Positions 26,857 through 39,663 of a DNA stretch of 64,000 nt are shown here, in pieces (the first letter of the stretch is position 1; the number at the start of each line of letters is the position of its first letter). The position numbers and the translations under genes were made by a program. The stretch spans positions 87,544,001 through 87,608,000 of the forward strand of contig NC_043006.1 in the NCBI RefSeq assembly GCF_006345805.1. The letters are read 5' to 3'. Source of the DNA: Octopus sinensis (taxonomy: Eukaryota). Under the pieces are notes generated by a model, which did no database searches, was not told the origin of the DNA, and saw only the letters and a list, made by a program, of their open reading frames with translations.

Positions 26857-27128
26857 ATACATTATATATATATATTATATATATATATATATAACATATA
26901 TTATATACAGATATATATATATATATATATATAATATATATATAATATATTAAATAATATGATATACATATATATATGATATACATATATATATAGATAT
27001 ATATATATAGATATCCATATATATATATATATATATATATATTAGATATACATATATATATATATTAATATATAGATATACATATATATATATATATAGA
27101 TTACATATATATATATATATATATATAG

Positions 27129-27159
<31 letters not shown>

Positions 27160-27160
27160 T
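25990..27160. repeat. (TA)n-derived low-complexity tract
   Basis: Seen directly. Confidence 0.95.
26761..26815 (+). mobile_element. Extreme 3' stub of a CR1/L2-group LINE or related SINE with an (ATCA)n tail
   Basis: tgccccagcatggcccacagctcataagctgaaac matches the LINE 3' end at 23446-23482. Confidence 0.6.
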
Positions 27161-27885
27161 CATCATCATCATCATCGTTTAGCGTCGCGCTTTCCATGCT
27201 AGCATGGGTGGACGGGTCAACTGAGGTCTGTGAAGCTGGAAGGCTTCGTCAGGGCCTAGTCAATCTGGCAGTGTTTCTCGGCTGGATGCCTTCCTAACGC
27301 CAACCACTCCGCCGAGTGTAGTGGGTGTTTTTACGTGCCACCTGCACAGGTGACAGACAGAGCTGGCGAACGGCCACGAACGGATGGTGCTTTTACGTGT
27401 CACCGGCACGGGGCCAGGCGATGTTGGCAACGGACACAAACGGATGGGCTTTTACGTGCACTGACACGGGGCCAGACAGAGCTGGCAACCGGCCATGAAC
27501 AGACGGTGCTTTTACGTGTCACCGGCATGGGGGCCAGCCAGTGGCTGGCAAGGACGCGAACGGATGGTGCTTTTACGTGCCACCGACACGGTTGCCCAGA
27601 CAGAGCTGGCAAACGGCCATGAGTGACGTGTGCTTTTACGTGTTACCGGCACGGGGCCAGCCGAGGCTGGCAACGGACACAGACGGATGGTGCTTTTACA
27701 TGCCACCGGACACGGGGCCAGACAGAGCTGCCAATGGCCACGAACGGATATGGTGCTTTTACGTGCACCGACACGGGGCCAGACAGAGCTGGCAAACGGC
27801 CACGAACGGACGGTGCTTTTACATGTCACCGGCACGGGGCCAGGCGAGTTAGGCAACGAACACGAACGGATGGTGCTTTTACGTG
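27161..27885 (-). mobile_element. Young RTE 3' UTR fragment with an expanded ~61-bp minisatellite (10 ggtgctttt starts, 27324-27885)
   Basis: Same tail as 1658 and 40061. CpG-rich and flanked by (TA)n. Confidence 0.85.
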
Positions 27886-27977
27886 ATATATATATATATA
27901 TATATAATATATATACACATATACATATATACATATATATATATATACATATATATATACATATATATATATATATG

Positions 27978-28021
<44 letters not shown>

Positions 28022-28119
28022 AAATACATATATATACATACATATATATATGCATACATATATGCATACATAAATAAAAATAATAGATAAATACATATAT
28101 ACACACTCACATAACATAC

Positions 28120-28192
<73 letters not shown>

Positions 28193-29653
28193 ATTAAGGG
28201 TATGAAGCCAGGAACAGCCCCTGGTCCATCAGGAATTACTGCTGAGATGCTTAAAACATCTGGCCTAGTCACCCACATTGTAAACCAGGTAGTTCATGAT
28301 GGAGTCATACCCAACGACTGGTGTCATAGCCAATCTCATTAGGGAGAGAGTCTGCTTAGATGAGATGCAGTTTGGTTTTGTGCCGGGTAGAAACACCACT
28401 GATGCCATATTCCTGGTTTGACAACTGCAAGAGAAATACCTAGCTAAAGATAAACCCCTTTACATAGCTTTTGTGGACTTAGAGAAAGCCTTTGACAGGG
28501 TCCCCTGATCCCTTATCTGGTGGGCAATACGGAAACTGGAGATTGACGAATGGTTAATAAGGGCTGTATGGTCCTTTATAGAGAGGCCATTAGTAAGGTT
28601 AGGATTGGCAATGAGTATAGTGAAGAATTCCGGGTAGAAGTAGGGGTCCACCAAGGTTCAGCCCTCAGTCCCCTTTTATTCATCATAGTCCTCCAGGCAA
28701 TAACAGAAGAATTCAAGATGGGTTACCCCTGGGAGCTCCTCTATGCTGATGACCTGGCCCTCATAGCAGAATCACTACCGGAACTAGAAAAGAAATTTCG
28801 GGTGTGGAAGTTAGGTTTAGAATCAAAAGGCCTTAGAGTCAATGTAGCAAAGACAAAAGTTCTAGTAAGTAGGAAGGCGAACTCACCACACACACCTTCA
28901 TGTTGGTGGCCCTGCTTGATCTGTAGAAAAGGTGTAAGTAGAAACACCACAAGATGTACCTAGTGGAAGCTATGGACGCATAAGAGGTGCAGCAACATCA
29001 AAGGAAAATTAACCAAGAAGATAGCTTTCATGTGCAGCAGATGCACAGGGGCAATAGACACCACAGATACTCAGAAAACGGATTCCATCACACTCCAGGG
29101 GAAGAAACTAGAAGTAGTTAATAACTTCCGCTACATAGGTGACCAAGTTAGTAGTGGGGGTGGATGCTCAGAGAGTCTTACCACCAGAACAAGAATAGCC
29201 TGGGCAAAGTTTAGAAAGCTTCTTCCCCTACTGGAAACAAAGGATCTCTCATTCAGAGTGAAAAGTAGATTATACGACGCATGTGTGTGAACTGCCATGC
29301 TTCACGGCAGTGAAACATGGGCTGTGACTGCAGAGGACATATGTAGGCTTGAAAGAAATGAAGCTAGCATGATCCGCTGGATATGTAATGTCAGTGTCCA
29401 TGCACGACAAAGTGTAAGCGTGCTGAGAGAAATGTTGGACATAAGAAGCATCGGATGCAGCGTGCAGGTGAGACGTTTGCGTTGGTATGGTCATGTACTA
29501 CGGATGGATGAGGAGAGACGTGTGAAGAAGTGCCACTCCCAAACAGTTGAAAGAATTTGGGGTAGAGGTAGACCCAGGAAGACATGGGATGAGGTGGTCA
29601 AGCATGACCTTTGAACGTTGAGCCTCAGAGAGGCAATGATGAGGGACCGAGAC
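28193..29653 (+). mobile_element. RTE-clade LINE reverse transcriptase fragment (disabled, internal deletion) with a PHD-like insert
   Basis: [13 protein letters not shown]...QFGFVPGRNTTDAIF...FVDLEKAFDRVP...GVHQGSALSPLLF...LLYADDL...FRYIGD...MLHGSETW...RLRWYGHV...GRPRKTWDEVV, with in-frame stops. Confidence 0.95.
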
Positions 29654-29667
29654 AGACAAATAGGCAT

Positions 29668-29670
29668 ATT

Positions 29671-29735
<65 letters not shown>

Positions 29736-29765
29736 GCAGACTGATAGACAGACAGACAGACAGAT
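29668..29765. repeat. (GATA)n/(GACA)n microsatellite
   Basis: Seen directly. Confidence 0.95.
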
Positions 29766-29769
29766 ATGA

Positions 29770-30062
29770 TGTTGGAGCTATGATGTCCCCTTAGTCATAA
29801 TGAGGACATGGCTAACTTTCCAGTGCTGGTGTCAAAAAAAACACACCAAGGAAAGTGTGAGGTCATGAGGATCATTTTGTGGACTTAGAGAAAGCCTGGT
29901 GGCACAAAAAAGTACTTGGTACATTCAGTAAAGTAGTTGGCATTAGGAAATGCATCCAGCTGTAGAAATCATGCCAAATTGATGAGATCCACTTGATTTA
30001 TCTTAGTGAGTAGACCCATTCAATATATGCCAGTATTGACAGGAGACATAAAATGATGAATG
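29770..30062 (+). mobile_element. Degraded RTE 3' UTR, probably the continuation of 28193-29653
   Basis: gtaaagtagttggcattaggaaatgcatccagctgtagaaatc...aaaatgatgaatga. Confidence 0.6.
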
Positions 30063-30830
30063 ATATCTATATATTATGAGAGAGAGAGAGAGAGAGGAGA
30101 GGGGTGGGAAAGAGAGAGACAAGGTGGGAAATTTAAAGAGAGGGGAAATTTAGTGAGAAAGGGAGAAATGGAGAATTATGTAAAATAGAAAAAGTGTAAG
30201 TAGAAAAGATGAAGCGAAAGCTAAAAGAGAAAAAGCTTGACAAAGTGAGAATGAAGACAGAAAAAGAAAGAGAGAGAGAATGATTATGTACATATGTATG
30301 CATGTGTGTGTGTGTGTGTGTGTGTGTGTAGGTGTGTGTGTATGTAGAGCAGCGCAGCAGAGTGAAGTAGAATGGAGAGATGGCAAGAAGGTTATTGGAG
30401 GGAAACAGAGATAAATAGAATATTATTGATATTAGCATTATAAGCATGCCCTTTAAAATGTTTAATGAGGGGTAATTAAACCATTGATAATTGTAATTAT
30501 TTTTCTCATTATTGCTGGCAAGTTAGAGATGTGAAAATTGCAGAGATAATAAATATATCCAGAGTCAATAAACTGATATCTACTGAGTCATCCGCAATAT
30601 TTTGACACCTTTCTTTCTCTCTTCTGATACCAATCTTGCTGACTGCAATCAACCTGCATTTAAACAAAACCTAAAAAGAATATTCTGTAGCATACAATAA
30701 ATGTTCTAAAACACAGGCTATGGATATTCTGTTTCCTCAGCCTCTTTTATCTCTACTACATTGGCTGCTGTTCCTTAGATTTGGCTAAACTTTTACAACC
30801 TTCACTCAGTCCTACTGGATACATACATAT

Positions 30831-31490
30831 CTTCATCATCATCATTTAGTATCCACTCTCCATGTTGGCATGGGTTAGAGAGTTTGACTGGAACTGGTAA
30901 GCAGAAGAGCTATACCAGGTTCTAGCCTGATTTGACACGGTGTTTATGGCTGGATGCCCTTCCTAATGCCAACCACTCCGAGAGTGTTACGGGTACCCAT
31001 TAAATGTCACTGACATGGATGCCTTCTGCACAGCACCAGCATGGTTCCTTTATGTATCACTAGTACTGGCCATGTCTATGATTTCATTTGGCTTGACAAG
31101 TCTTCTCAAGCACAGCAAATCACAAAAGGCTACAATCACTTGTCATTGCCTCTGTGAGACCCACCATTCAATAATTATGCTTCACCACTTTGTCCCATGT
31201 CTTCCTGGATCTACCTCTTCCGCAGGTTGCCTCTACAGTTAGAGATCAGCACTTCTTTACACAGCTGACCTTGCCCACACATATCAGATGACCATACCAG
31301 CACAGTCTCTTGCATACAACATCTGATGCCTCTTATGCCCAATTTTTCTCTCAAGATGCTTACACTCTGTCATACATGCACACTGACATTGCACATTCAG
31401 TGAAGCATACTACCTTCATTTCTTTCAAATCTTCACATGTCCTCTGGAACCACAGCCCATGTGTCTATAGCTTGCACTGGGTACACCTTA
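30831..31490 (-). mobile_element. Old RTE 3' end (tail plus ORF C-terminus remnant)
   Basis: (CAT)n tail, ggctggatgcccttcctaatgccaacc, and decayed matches to the GRPRKTW/RLRWYGH/ETWAV regions on the minus strand. Confidence 0.7.
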
Positions 31491-31670
31491 TGGAATTTCT
31501 ACCTATGCCTTTTCTACATCTCCCTGAAGGTATTTGTGATTTGTTTGGTTTTTGCTAAATTAACTCATTGATTCCAGACCTTGCTTCCACTCCTCAATTT
31601 TTTTTTCCAGTTCTGGTGGAGATTCAGTTACACACACATGTATATATATATATATATAAATATATATATA

Positions 31671-32080
31671 CTCTCTTTTGCTCTTTTACTTGTTTCAGTC
31701 ATTTGACTGCGGCCATGCTGGAGCACCGCCTTTAGTTGAGCAAATCGACCCCGGGACTTATTCTTTGTAAGCCCAGTACTTATTCTATCGGTCTCTTTTG
31801 CCGAACCGCTAAGTGGCGGGGACGTGAACACACCAGCATCGGTTGTCAAGCATTCTAGTGAGACAATCACAGACACACAAACACATACACACACATACAT
31901 ATATATATACATATATACGACAGGCTTCTTTCAGTTTCCGTCTACCAAATCCACTCACAAGGCATTGGTCGGCCTGGGGCTATAGCAGAAGACACTTGCC
32001 CAAGATGCCACGCAGTGGGACTGAACCTGGAACCATGTGGTTGGTTAGCAAGCTACTTACCACACAGCCACTCCTGCGCC
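31671..32080 (-). mobile_element. Full-length tRNA/CORE-like SINE (family A), young
   Basis: Head ggcgcaggagTGGCTGTGTGGtaag...GGTTCAGTCCc, a CORE-like cttgggcaagtgtctt segment, an internal (GT/AT)n, and tail ggtgctccagcatggccgcagtcaaatgactgaaacaagtaaaaga. Confidence 0.9.
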
Positions 32081-32379
32081 TATATATATATGTATATATA
32101 TATATATATAGCCTTGCTTTTTGCTTTTTGAGTCAAAAAATTAACTTAACTTAACTAACATATATATACATATACACATAAATATACATACACATACGTA
32201 TATATACATATACATATATATACATATACATATATATACATACACAACATACATATATACATATACATACATATATATACATATCATACATATATATATA
32301 TATACATATATATACATACATATATATATACATACATATATATATATACATATATATATATATATTATATATATATATA

Positions 32380-32420
<41 letters not shown>

Positions 32421-32536
32421 CACATACATACATACATACGTATATGTACATACACATACATACATATATATACACACATACATACATATATATACACACA
32501 CATATATATATACACATACATACACATACATACATT

Positions 32537-32574
<38 letters not shown>

Positions 32575-32653
32575 CATACATATATATATATATACATACA
32601 TACATATATATATATATACATACATATATAAACATATGTACATATATATATAC

Positions 32654-32684
<31 letters not shown>

Positions 32685-32721
32685 TACATATGTATATATA
32701 TATATACACATACATACAAAC

Positions 32722-32774
<53 letters not shown>

Positions 32775-32778
32775 CATA

Positions 32779-33189
32779 GGCGCAGGAGTGGCTGTGTGGT
32801 AAGTAGCTTGCTAACCAACCACATGGTTGCGGGTTCAGTCCCACTGCGTGGCATCTTGGGCAAGTGTCTTCTGCTATAGCCCCAGGCCGACCAATGCCTT
32901 GTGAGTGGATTTGGTAGACGGAAACTGAAAGAAGCCTGTCGTATATATGTATGTATATATATGTGTGTGTGTGTGTGTGTGTTTGTGTGTCTGTGTTTGT
33001 CCCCCTAGCATTGCTTGACAACTGATGCTGGTGTGTCTACGTCCCCGCCACTTAGCGGTTCGGCAAAAGACCGATAGAATAAGTACTGGGCTTACAAAGA
33101 ATAAGTTCCGGGGTCGATTTGATCGACTAAAGGCGGTGCTCCAGCATGGCCGCAGTCAAATGACTGAAACAAGTAAAAGAGTAAAAGAG
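32779..33189 (+). mobile_element. Full-length tRNA/CORE-like SINE (family A), young, inverted relative to 31671-32080
   Basis: Same sequence as the copy at 31671, in the opposite orientation. Confidence 0.9.
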
Positions 33190-33312
33190 TATACATACAA
33201 ACATACATATATATACATACATACATACATAAATATATATACATATGTAAATATATATACATACATATATAAACATATGTAAATATATATACATATATAT
33301 ATATAATATATA

Positions 33313-33343
<31 letters not shown>

Positions 33344-33490
33344 AATATATATACATATATATAATTATATATATATATATATATAATATATATAATATAT
33401 ATATATTTACATATATATATACATATATATACATATACACATATGTATATACATATCTATACATACATATATACACATGTATATATATAT

Positions 33491-34636
33491 TCTGCATGGG
33501 CCAGATTGAGATGCTTAGAGTCATCGTGGGACATACATTGGTATAGCAAACATCACTCTATGTGTGCTTTGTCGACTTTGAAAAAGCATTTGACAGCGTA
33601 GACAAGCAATCTGGGATATCTTACGACACTATGGTGTGCCAGAGTAGATCATGGGTATTATTCGATAACTCTATGAGGAATTTTCTTGTCAGGCCATCCA
33701 TTCTGGGAGATTGTCGGAGGAATCAGACAGGGTTGTTTGTTGTCACCACTCCTGTTCCTCGTTGTGCTGGACTGAGTCAACAGGATGGCATACGCTACTT
33801 CCAGGAAACTATTCAGTGGACACTGATGAACAAGCTGGAGGACTTGGACTACGCAGATGATCTCGCACTACTCTCACATCACCTGCAAGACATGCAAGAT
33901 AAGGTAGACAACCTGACAGAAACTTCACGGCGAGTGGGCTTGAGGATCAGCCGGGAAAAGACAAAAATGCTGCATATCAACAACAAGCAGGAAGAGCCAA
34001 TCACAATCGAGGGGGAACCTGTGGAGGACGTTGGTGAGTTTGCCTATCTTGGCAGCAAGATCAGCAAATCAGGTGGATCAGACGAGGACATCATGGCAAG
34101 AAGCAAGAAGGCTTGGCAAGCCTTCGCTATTCTTCGGCCGGCATGGAAGGCCACTGCCATCTCAACACAAACTAAACTCCACTTATTTAGTTCAAACATA
34201 AAATCTGCGCTTTTGTATGACTCTGAAACATGGAGAGTCACCTGCAGCAACTACAAGAAGATTCAGACCTTCATCAACAAATGTCTCCAGCAGAGCATCC
34301 ATCTGAAGTGGTTTGACAGAGTGCCAAACACCGACCTGTGGGAAAGGGCCAACCAGGAGCCCATACATGTTCAGATTAGATAAAGGAAATTGAGATGGAT
34401 CGGACATACAGTGCGGATATAACCCTCAGATGTGACATGACAAGCACTTGACTGGAACATGTAGGGGAAAAGGAAGTGAGGACACCCAAAGCAGACATGG
34501 AAGCAGAGCATTTTGGACAAGCTCAGGACAACCGGCCTGACATGGGAAGCAGCCAAGAAACATGCCACCAATGACTGCAAAAAGTGCAAAACAATTGTTG
34601 AGGCCCTATGCTCACAAGGAGCAAAAAAGGATTAAG
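33491..34636 (+). mobile_element. RTE-clade LINE (second family) RT fragment and 3' end, disabled
   Basis: YVCFVDFEKAFDSVD...LEDLDYADDLALLSH...VGLRISREKTK...FAYLGSKI...LLYDSETW...KCLQQSIHLKWFD. Internal deletion and stops; no Cys-rich insert. Confidence 0.9.
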
Positions 34637-34648
34637 AGATATATATGC

Positions 34649-34728
<80 letters not shown>

Positions 34729-34784
34729 CATATAAATGCATATACATTTATATATATATATATGTATGTGTGTGTGTCTGTATG

Positions 34785-34945
34785 ACAGGCTTCTTTTAGT
34801 TTCTGACTACCAAATCCACTCACAAGGCTTTGACTAGCCCAAGGCTATAGTACAAGACACTTGTCCAAGATGCTATTCAGTCGAACTGAAACTTGAACCA
34901 CATGGTTGTGTAGCATGCTTCTTACCAAACAGCCATGTTCATGTA
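34785..34945 (-). mobile_element. SINE head/CORE fragment (family A/B), older
   Basis: accaaatccactcacaaggcttt...agacacttgtccaag...accacatgg. Confidence 0.7.
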
Positions 34946-36146
34946 TGCGCACGTGTGTGTGTGTGTTTGTGCGTGTGTTCATGTGCTTGTGTGTCTGTGA
35001 GTGTGTTGCGTATATTCTTTCCATGATAACTATCCACTTCATTTTCATGGCTTTGAGGAAGCTACTATTTGTTGCATGAGCACTCAGCTCTGAGTGCAAT
35101 GATCCTTAGAGTAGAAACAGCTATTAGCTAATGAAAGTGATTACATAACTCCTGTTCATTGTCATTTATAAATATGTATATATATATATATGTACATATA
35201 TATATATATATATATTATATGTGTGTGTGTGTATATATATCAGCTTCTTTCTGTTTCCACCTACATATCCACTCACAAAGATTTGTTCAATCACAAGATT
35301 GTGAAACAAACTTCTTAAACACACAGTCATACCAGTGGCAATTTACATCTTTCATACATATTAATGTACTTGTATCATCACTGTCAATGTAAGATGTCAT
35401 TTCACATAGGAAATAAGCAATGATGTTGGATATGGCACGTAGTAGGATATTATTGACAGTGATACAGTTAATAAGGAGCAATGAAGCACAAAACTAAATG
35501 CATTGTAAGCATGTGTGTCCATACGTTGTACGGGTTTTTATTGTGGCATTTCTTCATTTATATCTGTGTAGCTACACACACACACACACACACACACATG
35601 CATAGACACATACATACACACACACATGAATCACTATAAAACACAAAGGCACATAACTGGAAATAGTAACGGAAGGAAGTCAAAGATTTGAATAAATGAA
35701 TAGACTACTACATGTATTGAGTATATTTTTTGTTTGTTTGTAAATTCAAATGCAAACACACACACACACACACTCACATGCACGTAGATATGTATGCATA
35801 TGTGTGCGAGTGTCTGTGTATATATATATACACAGATGGTAGAAAAAGATAGTATCTGCATCACTGATGATTATTATTTTTATTTTTTTCTGATTCCATT
35901 TGATTTATTACTTCCAGCCTATCGCACTGAATATCTTTTTAACCATGGCATCATGCTGACATTTTGAAGATGATACACATACATGCACACACATAGACAC
36001 ACACATACATAAATACATACATACATGCATGCACACAAATGTACATACAGACACATTTATACTTGCATACATACACACTCACTCACATGCGTGCACACAC
36101 ACACACATGTAAGTGTGCGTATATGTATGCATGTGCTTTCTTTTCT

Positions 36147-36378
36147 TATTTCTTTATTGCCCACAAGGGGCTAAACATAGAGGGGACAAACAAGGACAGA
36201 CAGAGGGATTAAGTTGATTACATCGACCTCAGTGCATAACTGGTACTTAAATTATCGACCCCGAAAAGATGAAAGGCAAAGTCGACCTTGGCGGAATTTG
36301 AACTCAGAACATAATGGCAGCTGAAATACTGCTAAGAATTTCGCCTGCTATGCTAACATTTCTGCCAGCTCACCGCCC
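36147..36378 (-). mobile_element. tRNA-derived SINE (family D) with a 15-bp TSD
   Basis: TSD tgtgctttcttttct at 36132-36146 and 36379-36393. The body contains gtcgactttgcctttcatc...ggggtcgataa. Confidence 0.9.
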
Positions 36379-38433
36379 TGTGCTTTCTTTTCTGCCACCA
36401 GGAACCTGCAATGGCAATCATTCTGTAATTCTAATTGTGCATGGAATCAATACATTTCAATGAGGTATTCGTCAACATCCTTCAGTAATTAAAAAAGAAG
36501 GTGTATTTGCCAGTTCAGATCCACATATATTGTAACTTTTCCTGTTGTTTTATTTTTTTTATGTTATATGTATTTTTCAAGGTCTAAGTAATATCTTGCT
36601 GTTGGATGTGTGCATGTGTGTGTGTGTGTGTGATGAGGTTGGGGGGCTGCGTTGTAGTTAATAAGATTTAGTAATTGTGGATTGAGGGGTTTGATTTCCA
36701 TGTTATTCCTGTGACATAAATACAAATTTATCATCATGCATGGTGGCAATTCATGGTTTAGAAATCAGGGTATACACTTTGTAATGAAGTGTGTGGATGC
36801 ATTTTATTCTTTATTCTAAAACTACACATGAAGGAATGAGGGAGAGTAGGAAAATAGACAGGTAGGGGTAAATATAAATATGGATAAGATAAAGATATAG
36901 TTTATAGAAAAATACATAACACTTGATTAAAATCATGCATCAGTGTATGTTAGTATGTATGCATACATGTATGTAAGTAAGTATGTGAATAAATGTTTAC
37001 AATTAAAAAATTCCCACTTAGATAACTCAGTGTATTTGAATGAGTTTGTATAGATATGCATGTGCATGTATTAAAATATTTTATGTCACCCATCTAAAAT
37101 TACTTATACAACAGAAGCTTAATGTAAAATGCATATGCAATAGGGGAAAAGAAAGACAGTATAATTGCATTTCTTGTTGCTATTTCTGATGTGTTTGTTT
37201 TTGCTTTCCTTTTCTTATTAGATTCTTTACTAATGCATAAGACAAAAATCAAAGAGAAGAAATCATGAACAGAAGATGTCTGCAAGTATTTTTTGATATC
37301 TCTTATACTTGCGTATCTGTAAAAATGAAAGGAGATGAAAGAAATATGTTTACAGTAGTGATATGATTCAATGTGAGGCAAAGAAACCTTAATAGTAATT
37401 TATTCAATTCTGCTTCAAACAATAAACTATGATACAAATTTGGCAAGAGACATTATTACCATCATCATCATCATCATCACCATAGTTGTTGTTATAGCTA
37501 AAATATTACATTTGCATCACCCTTTATAAATTTGAAAATTGTGTAAACTAAAATAATTTTAAATAAAATTCCATCTATCTGTAAGCCAATGGTGTGGTAG
37601 GCTTGGTAAAGTGGCAGATAAAATAGCTGCTGGTATTTAGATATGTCCTTTTATGTCCTGAATTTCATTCTTCTGACATCAATAAAAGAAGTACTAACTA
37701 TAACTTAACCACTCAATTGGATCATGTGCCAGTATTAGAAAATTATATATTATTATTATTATCATCATCATCATCATCGTTATTGTTATCATTATTATTA
37801 TTATTATCATCATTATTACCATTATTATTATTATTATTATTGGAAGGTGGCAAGCTGGTAGTGAAATAGTTAGCACCATTTTGCCCATCATTACATTCTG
37901 AATTCGTATTTTGCGGAAGTCAACTTTGAGGGAAACAGTATAACAAATACTTTATGATGTATTGAAAGAAATTATCTAAAACTAAAAAGGACAAAAGTTA
38001 TGGTAGTATTTGTTATACCTTTAAAACAGAAAATGAATTAACGAAATATGTATGAATCTGTCACATAGAAACATTAATCAAAAGTTTTTCAGGTATTTCA
38101 AGAAATAATTATCTTAATATGAAACTAATGAGTTGACACTGATGTCCCCACAAATTGTGAAAAGGAGATTTTATCATCCTTTAGTATCATAGTTTTCAAA
38201 ATGACAGATAACAAACCCATCTCAATGCAAAAGAAAAGTTATCAGAATAATTTACCTCCTTCTCATTTAAGTCAAAATAGAATTTACATCCATATAAGTT
38301 TTCTTTCTTCACCATGGTGTTAGACAAGCTTAAAAGCTATCATTGTTTTAATGTTCCCTTTTGCATGGGTCAGATAGAATTTATTGAAGTAGATTTCCTA
38401 TGGCTAGGTGCCATTCCTGTTACCAGCTCTCAG

Positions 38434-38838
38434 CCAGCTCTCAGCTCAGATCTGAATCCAACTAAACAGCTATGGGATGAAATTCAGGGATGGCTGAACT
38501 AGGCCAACAGCTTGTGTGGAAGTGGAGGCAACTTTCCTCAGGGTGTGGGCACAGGTGCCAATGGCTATTGTGAACCACCTCATACACTTCATATACCGAT
38601 GGTGTATGGCCGTTTGGAACACCCGGGGAGGGCATACATGGTATTGAACATGTCTGCCCTACAATCTCCATGTGTTGGATCTGCTCACTACCAGAACACA
38701 TGACAATGACCCATAAACTGTAGTCAAAGTGCATCCAAGAAATTGACTTTATCAGATTTATCTAAATTTATCACTGGCATAATAAAATTAAAACATATTT
38801 CACAGTCACCCACATTTTGTGTTTCTTTTGCGTGTATA
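38434..38838 (+). mobile_element. Tc1-like transposase C-terminal remnant
   Basis: PALSSDLNPTKQLWDEI (cf. SPDLNPIE.LW), then VWAQVP...VNHLI...RWCMAV and GGHTWY* (cf. GGHTRY*). Frameshifted. Confidence 0.7.
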
Positions 38839-39118
38839 TTTCTTTTTCAGTGTATATTTCTTTCATTAGTACTTAGTACGCCTCTTTATAATTAATTCCA
38901 GCTTGACAAATAATGACAACTTTATATCCATAACTGATGCCATTGACATCCAATGACACAATTGCTTGCATCCTTCAGTACAATGGAGTGTTTTCCCATA
39001 TATAAGGGAAATGTTTTCTCCTGAATCAATTTTTGCAGTATATGTCTTCAGCTATCTGAGTAAATGAACATATTAAATATGATAATATACCTCTCTCTCT
39101 CTCTCTCTCTCTCTTTTC

Positions 39119-39167
<49 letters not shown>

Positions 39168-39663
39168 CACACACATGTGAGGAGTTTCTATCAGTCTCCA
39201 TCGACAAAATTCACTCACATTTCGGTTGGTTCAAGGCTACCATCTTGCCCAAGTTACCATGCCAAGGGACAAAACTCAAAATCACCTTGTTTTGGAAGCA
39301 AGTTTTTCAACCACACAGCCATTTCTGGCCACCCAACACCAGGGAAAACACTATCTTTATCTTTGCTTACAGTTTATTAGATTTCCATGCCATTCATAAC
39401 GCTAAACATTCTAACAAACTAACAGCATACTTTCCTTTTATTTTAACTGGTATCAGTGACATTGCCATGGCCATGCTGGAACACTTAATCTTCAAGGCTT
39501 TTCATTCATTATACTGAACCCACTTACAATGTCTGGGATGGAGAAGAATGGAACCAAAATTTGGCCTAGATATAAAAGGAGCCAAATACAAATGTAAAAT
39601 ACTGTCTAAAATTCTATTTCTAATACACAATCCCATATATATATATATATATATATATATGTA

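Noticed and set aside
27324-27885. Regularly spaced repeat array resembling CRISPR
   Set aside because: Units are contiguous near-copies without unique spacers, lie in an RTE 3' UTR, and the context is eukaryotic with no cas genes.
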